Under the pieces are notes generated by a model. It was not told the origin of the DNA. It did not search any database and saw nothing but the letters and a program-made list of their open reading frames with translations. Positions 28,364 to 32,000 of a stretch of DNA of 32,000 nt are shown piece by piece. The stretch lies in the NCBI RefSeq assembly GCF_000011805.1, contig NC_006840.2. One strand, 5' to 3'. The translations under genes and the position numbers were made by a program. The stretch is from Aliivibrio fischeri ES114 (GTDB lineage: Bacteria; Pseudomonadota; Gammaproteobacteria; Enterobacterales; Vibrionaceae). The first letter of the stretch is position 1, and every line of letters starts with the position of its first letter.

Positions 28364-29209
28364 TTACTGGCGAGCTAAACGTAAATTGTCTTTAGGTGCC
28401 AATAGGTGCGAGCTACGGAATGGATTGATATCGAGACCACCGCGTCGCGTATAACGAGCAAATACAGTTAATGATTCTGGTGCGCAATATTTCATAATAT
28501 CCGTGTAAATTCGTTCTACACATTGTTCATGAAACTCATTATGTTGACGGAAAGAGATTAAATAACGTAGTAGCTTCTCACGATCAATTTTTTTGCCTTT
28601 GTATTGAATTTCAACACTGCCCCAATCGGGTTGGTTTGTAATTAGGCAGTTAGATTTCAATAAATGACTGTGCAGTGTTTCTTCGATATTTACGTCAGAT
28701 GTACTTGACTCTAAATAAGCAGCATTGAACTCGTAGTCATCAATAATAATATCTTGATCATCAATGCATTCGCCCTGCATATCGACAATTGGCTGTTGTG
28801 AGTATCGTTGTACAGGGAATATATCTACTTTTACGGTTTCACCTGCACATGCACTTAAATCTTTTACCAATGTCTCTTTTACTTCATCCCATGAGGTGAA
28901 TTTTGTTTGGTTAAAACTGTTTAGATAAAGTTTAAACGATTTTGATTCAACAAGGTTTGGGCTCGTTGCAGGTAGTGCTACTTCACCAACAGCCACTTGT
29001 GGTAAACCATTTTGATTTAGCCACGACAGTTCATATAGCGTCCATACATCACAACCTACAAAAGGAAGTTCATCACCTAGTGCAAGATCATCACGATTAA
29101 GACTTCGAGGGACCGCTTGTAGTAATTCAGGCTCGTAAGTGTGTTTGTATTCTGTTTTTTGTCCAAGGGTCAGTGATTTTAGCTCATCTGCATTGGTGTA
29201 TTTAGTCAT
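28364..29209 (-). CDS. queF: NADPH-dependent 7-cyano-7-deazaguanine reductase QueF
   Basis: 281 aa; [83 protein letters not shown]. Confidence 0.96.
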   Translation of the reverse strand: MTKYTNADELKSLTLGQKTEYKHTYEPELLQAVPRSLNRDDLALGDELPFVGCDVWTLYELSWLNQNGLPQVAVGEVALPATSPNLVESKSFKLYLNSFNQTKFTSWDEVKETLVKDLSACAGETVKVDIFPVQRYSQQPIVDMQGECIDDQDIIIDDYEFNAAYLESSTSDVNIEETLHSHLLKSNCLITNQPDWGSVEIQYKGKKIDREKLLRYLISFRQHNEFHEQCVERIYTDIMKYCAPESLTVFARYTRRGGLDINPFRSSHLLAPKDNLRLARQ

Positions 29210-29313
29210 ATTGAAAATACCAAAAGTAGATTAGAATAAGGCGTACTAAGTAGACAGCCTTTCGTTTAATATTGGATAGTTTACTTGAAATTTTATCTTA
29301 TGAGGAGAATCGA

Positions 29314-29865
29314 ATGCCACTTTCGGTAGAGCAAGCGCTTGCTAACTTTAGCCAACGTTATGTAGAAGCATGGAAAGCACAACATGATTGCTTGCCAATT
29401 AATGAAGAGTTAGTGGGATTAGCTTCTCCTTGTATTGAAGAAACGCGAGATTTAGAAATATCTTGGCAACCTATTGTTAGAGATGAAGCGATTCGTTTGC
29501 ATAATATTGAGCAAGGAATTGAACTGGATCTTCATGACGACTTCCATGCATTTTATGGCACTCAATATAGTGCGGATATGACAGCCAAGTTTGAAGATAT
29601 GAATATCGAACTTCTTCAAGTGTGGAGTGATGAGGATCTGGAGCGTTTGCAAGGCAATATGCTAGGTCATTTAGTCATGCAGCGTCGTCTGAAACTAGTA
29701 CCGACTTTATTTGTTGCTGTTACAGATGATGAAATGGAAGTCGTTTCTATTTGTAATCAATCTGGTGAAGTGATTTTAGATCGCGTTGGTACTAAAAATA
29801 GAACAGTATTAGCGGCGAATATGGCTGAGTTTTTAAATAAACTAGAGCCGGTTATTGCTGCATAG
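29314..29865 (+). CDS. syd: SecY-interacting protein Syd
   Basis: LSVEQALANFSQRYVEAWKAQHDCLPINEELVGLASPCI...LLQVWSDEDLERLQGNMLGHLVMQRRLKLVPTLFVA matches E. coli Syd. The ORF track begins upstream at 29272. Confidence 0.94.
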   Translation: MPLSVEQALANFSQRYVEAWKAQHDCLPINEELVGLASPCIEETRDLEISWQPIVRDEAIRLHNIEQGIELDLHDDFHAFYGTQYSADMTAKFEDMNIELLQVWSDEDLERLQGNMLGHLVMQRRLKLVPTLFVAVTDDEMEVVSICNQSGEVILDRVGTKNRTVLAANMAEFLNKLEPVIAA

Positions 29866-29888
29866 TTAATTGGTAAATGATTAAATCA

Positions 29889-29920
29889 ATTCCGGTGTAA
29901 TTACATCGGAATTTTTATTT
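29889..29920 (+). terminator. Rho-independent terminator after syd
   Basis: TTCCGGTGTAATTACATCGGAA followed by TTTTTATTTTT. Confidence 0.8.
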
Positions 29921-29946
29921 TTAAAGTGGTTAGGAAAAGAGCGTTA

Positions 29947-30720
29947 ATGTTTGTTACTGAGTTAGATTTTGAAGTGTATTGTGATACTTCGATGGCAGCG
30001 GTAGAAAAGGCAATAAATTATTGTTTAGATTGCCTACGTTACAATGGACAAGTTATTGGGCGTGAACTGCCAGTTGTGATGAAAGGAACAAACTTTGTTG
30101 CTCGTGTTGTTTGTCCTGAAGTAGATTCATTACATCCAGACAATCACAGCCCACAAGTGAAATTAGCTTTCAAACAACTGAGTGAATTTGGATTATTACA
30201 ACCTAAGGTTAAAGTGGTTGGCCAAGACATGAATTCAGATCCTAGTGATGAGAGTGAAACCGTTAGTTGGCAAATACTTTATACTAGCCATTTACATACA
30301 TGTTCGCCTATTCGACATGGTGAAACATTTCAACCTATTCCATTATATCGTTTACCTGCGGTGGCTAATGGTGACCAAAAGCAGCTTATTAAATGGCAAG
30401 AAGATTGGAGTGCATGTGATCAATTACAGATGAATGGCTCTGTTGTTGAGCATCCTTCATTACATGAGATCAGTTCAAGCAAAAGTCACCTATTCAAACG
30501 TGGTTGGGATTTGTGTCGTCGTATGGCGGTGGTAAGTGGTATTCCAACGTATCTATACATTTATCGTGTGGCTGGCGAGAGTAAAGAGAAAGAGCAAGCA
30601 CGTCGTTGCCCTGTGTGTGATGGAGATTGGGCTTTAAAAGAACCGCTTCATGAAGTGTTTGATTTCAAATGTGATGAGTGCTTACTAGTAAGTAATTTGT
30701 CTTGGGACTTTAAAGACTAA
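29947..30720 (+). CDS. Zn-ribbon-containing protein, putative nucleic-acid-binding (DUF2310-like)
   Basis: C-terminal CPVCDGDWALKEPLHEVFDFKCDECLL is a four-Cys zinc ribbon. The ORF track begins with GTG at 29926. Family name from recall. Confidence 0.75.
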   Translation: MFVTELDFEVYCDTSMAAVEKAINYCLDCLRYNGQVIGRELPVVMKGTNFVARVVCPEVDSLHPDNHSPQVKLAFKQLSEFGLLQPKVKVVGQDMNSDPSDESETVSWQILYTSHLHTCSPIRHGETFQPIPLYRLPAVANGDQKQLIKWQEDWSACDQLQMNGSVVEHPSLHEISSSKSHLFKRGWDLCRRMAVVSGIPTYLYIYRVAGESKEKEQARRCPVCDGDWALKEPLHEVFDFKCDECLLVSNLSWDFKD

Positions 30721-30732
30721 GTTCAGTTGAAT

Positions 30733-30763
30733 AAAAATGGGAGCCTAGATGCTCCCATTTTTT
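30733..30763. terminator. Bidirectional rho-independent terminator
   Basis: AAAAATGGGAGC-ctagat-GCTCCCATTTTT, 12-bp perfect stem between convergent genes. Confidence 0.93.
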
Positions 30764-31211
30764 ATATCTTGGCTTTGGCTAAAATACGATCAAGCTGGTT
30801 TGCAAACTCTCTACGTTCTGTCTGAGAAAGAGGGGCTGGGCCACCAGTTTGAATGCCACTGGCACGCATTGTATCCATAAAATCACGGATATTTAATCGA
30901 GCTTTAATCGTCGCTTCTGTATATAGCTCACCACGAGGGTTGAGCACTTGTACTTTCTTTTCAATGAGCTCTGCAGCTAATGGGATATCGGCGCTGATCA
31001 CCAAATCGCCTGCTTCAGATCGTTTTACGATTTCATCATCAGCAACATCAAATCCCGCTTCTACCTGCATAGAACGAATATTGGCTGCACTTGGTACAGG
31101 AATATAATGGTTAGCCACTAAAGTTAATTGAATTCCAGTTCGAGTTGCAGCACGAAATAGCACTTCTTTTACCACTTTTGGACATGCATCAGCATCTACC
31201 CAAATTTGCAT
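30762..31211 (-). CDS. YaiI/YqxD family protein (UPF0178)
   Basis: [47 protein letters not shown] are typical of UPF0178. Confidence 0.92.
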   Translation of the reverse strand: MQIWVDADACPKVVKEVLFRAATRTGIQLTLVANHYIPVPSAANIRSMQVEAGFDVADDEIVKRSEAGDLVISADIPLAAELIEKKVQVLNPRGELYTEATIKARLNIRDFMDTMRASGIQTGGPAPLSQTERREFANQLDRILAKAKI

Positions 31212-31480
31212 TATTTATTCTCCAAAGCAATCAAGCGTTCTGTTAGCTCTTTTACTTGTTCTTCAAGTTGAGCAATACGTTCGTCTGCGGTTAATGAGGT
31301 TTCTCGAACTTCTATTTTGGGTACATGGGAAGTCGATTTAAAAGATTTTACCGCAGCAATAATCGCAGGCATTGGTATTTGGGTCGTTAAACGAGCTCGC
31401 ACTAGCGCTGTTGTTGGTTTTTTACCTTCATTGGTTAAATCTTGTAGGACTTTTTGCAGTTCATCCGTTACGTTTTTCAT
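31211..31480 (-). CDS. Small conserved hypothetical protein, HTH-like N-terminus and C-terminal coiled coil
   Basis: 89 aa: [24 protein letters not shown]... followed by heptad-rich [23 protein letters not shown]; abuts the UPF0178 start. Confidence 0.7.
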   Translation of the reverse strand: MKNVTDELQKVLQDLTNEGKKPTTALVRARLTTQIPMPAIIAAVKSFKSTSHVPKIEVRETSLTADERIAQLEEQVKELTERLIALENK

Positions 31481-31634
31481 TGTGACTTCCTATATTTCAG
31501 CTTTGCTTATAATAACGAATTCTATATACCGATCCAAATAAGTATTATTCTTTCTTAAAACTACAAAAGTGTGAACAAGATCGGTTTCTGTTTTCCTTTG
31601 TAACCTGATAAAAGTGGAAAAAACGGAATAGGCT

Positions 31635-31652
31635 TGTGCGAGATCTCTCACG
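31635..31652 (+). promoter_or_regulatory. Candidate GacA/UvrY/VarA binding site upstream of csrB
   Basis: TGTGCG-AGATCT-CTCACG resembles the UvrY/GacA consensus TGTAAG-N6-CTTACA; about 145-160 bp upstream of the estimated csrB start, far upstream as in E. coli. Confidence 0.75.
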
Positions 31653-31794
31653 CAAGAGGTGAGAAATATCGTTTTTTTCATCATAAATATTGATGTGGCT
31701 ATATTTAACTTGTTGTTAATTAAGTTTTTTTGTTTTTTTGAATCGATTGGGATAAAAATAAAGATAAAAAATATGCTGCTAGACTATTGTTCAA

Positions 31795-32000
31795 AAAAGT
31801 CAAAAGCGTAGTCTTATTGGTGTCGGAAGGATACTGACACGGAACAGGAACTAGCCAAGGATTTGGTAAGCTTCAGGATGAAGCATTCGGTTATTTAGGA
31901 TGAATAATCGGCAAGGAAAGCAAAGGACATTGAACGGACGCAATAGTAACTAGGATGGTTGCTACTAAGGAAGACAATGGATACCTCTAGGATAGAGGAA
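31795..32000 (+). ncRNA. csrB: CsrB-family CsrA-sequestering sRNA, 3' end outside window
   Basis: 15 GGA triplets between 31825 and 31999; hairpins presenting AGGA in the loop: GCTTC-AGGAT-GAAGC (31870-31884), TTATT-TAGGATG-AATAA, TAGTAAC-TAGGATG-GTTGCTA, CCTCT-AGGAT-AGAGG (31984-31998). No ORF; near syd as in E. coli. 5' end is approximate. Confidence 0.93.

Noticed and set aside
28319-29272. Possible preQ1 riboswitch near queF
   Set aside because: The only strong structure is downstream of queF, and no preQ1-I/II signature was seen before its start.
31490-31684. 64-aa minus-strand ORF upstream of csrB
   Set aside because: Overlaps the GacA-like palindrome, no recognised domain, low-complexity AT-rich region.

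Overview
This 32 kb window is a conserved chromosomal block from a Vibrionaceae genome; the gene content and low GC suggest Aliivibrio, which is an inference. It is largely syntenic with the E. coli recC-recB-recD / argA / mltA / csd / gcvA / rlmM / xni / ppnN / queF / syd / csrB neighbourhood. Gene order: partial yebG (-), alternative oxidase aox (+), YeiE-like LysR regulator (-) divergent from a TDT-family transporter (+), recC, recB, recD (+), an EmrE-like SMR transporter (+), argA (-), a small membrane protein (+), mltA (+), tcdA (+), csdE and csdA (-), gcvB sRNA (-), gcvA, ygdD-like DUF423 and rlmM (+), xni and ppnN (-), a GGDEF protein with an SGEEF motif (-), a TPR protein with a C-terminal domain that looks like a degenerate GGDEF (-), queF (-), syd (+), a Zn-ribbon protein (+), a YaiI/UPF0178 protein and a small coiled-coil protein (-), and the 5' part of a CsrB-type sRNA running off the right edge. 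I found no CRISPR array, prophage, transposase, tRNA or rRNA, and no convincing new multi-gene defence or biosynthetic system. The observations most worth following up are two sRNAs missing from the ORF track (GcvB and CsrB), candidate LexA, NsrR, ArgR, Fur and GacA/UvrY sites, a structured recC-recB spacer carrying a GacA-like palindrome where E. coli has ptrA, an 11-G tract inside mltA, heptamer repeats overlapping the stop codons of tcdA and xni, and a 100-bp imperfect inverted repeat between rlmM and xni.
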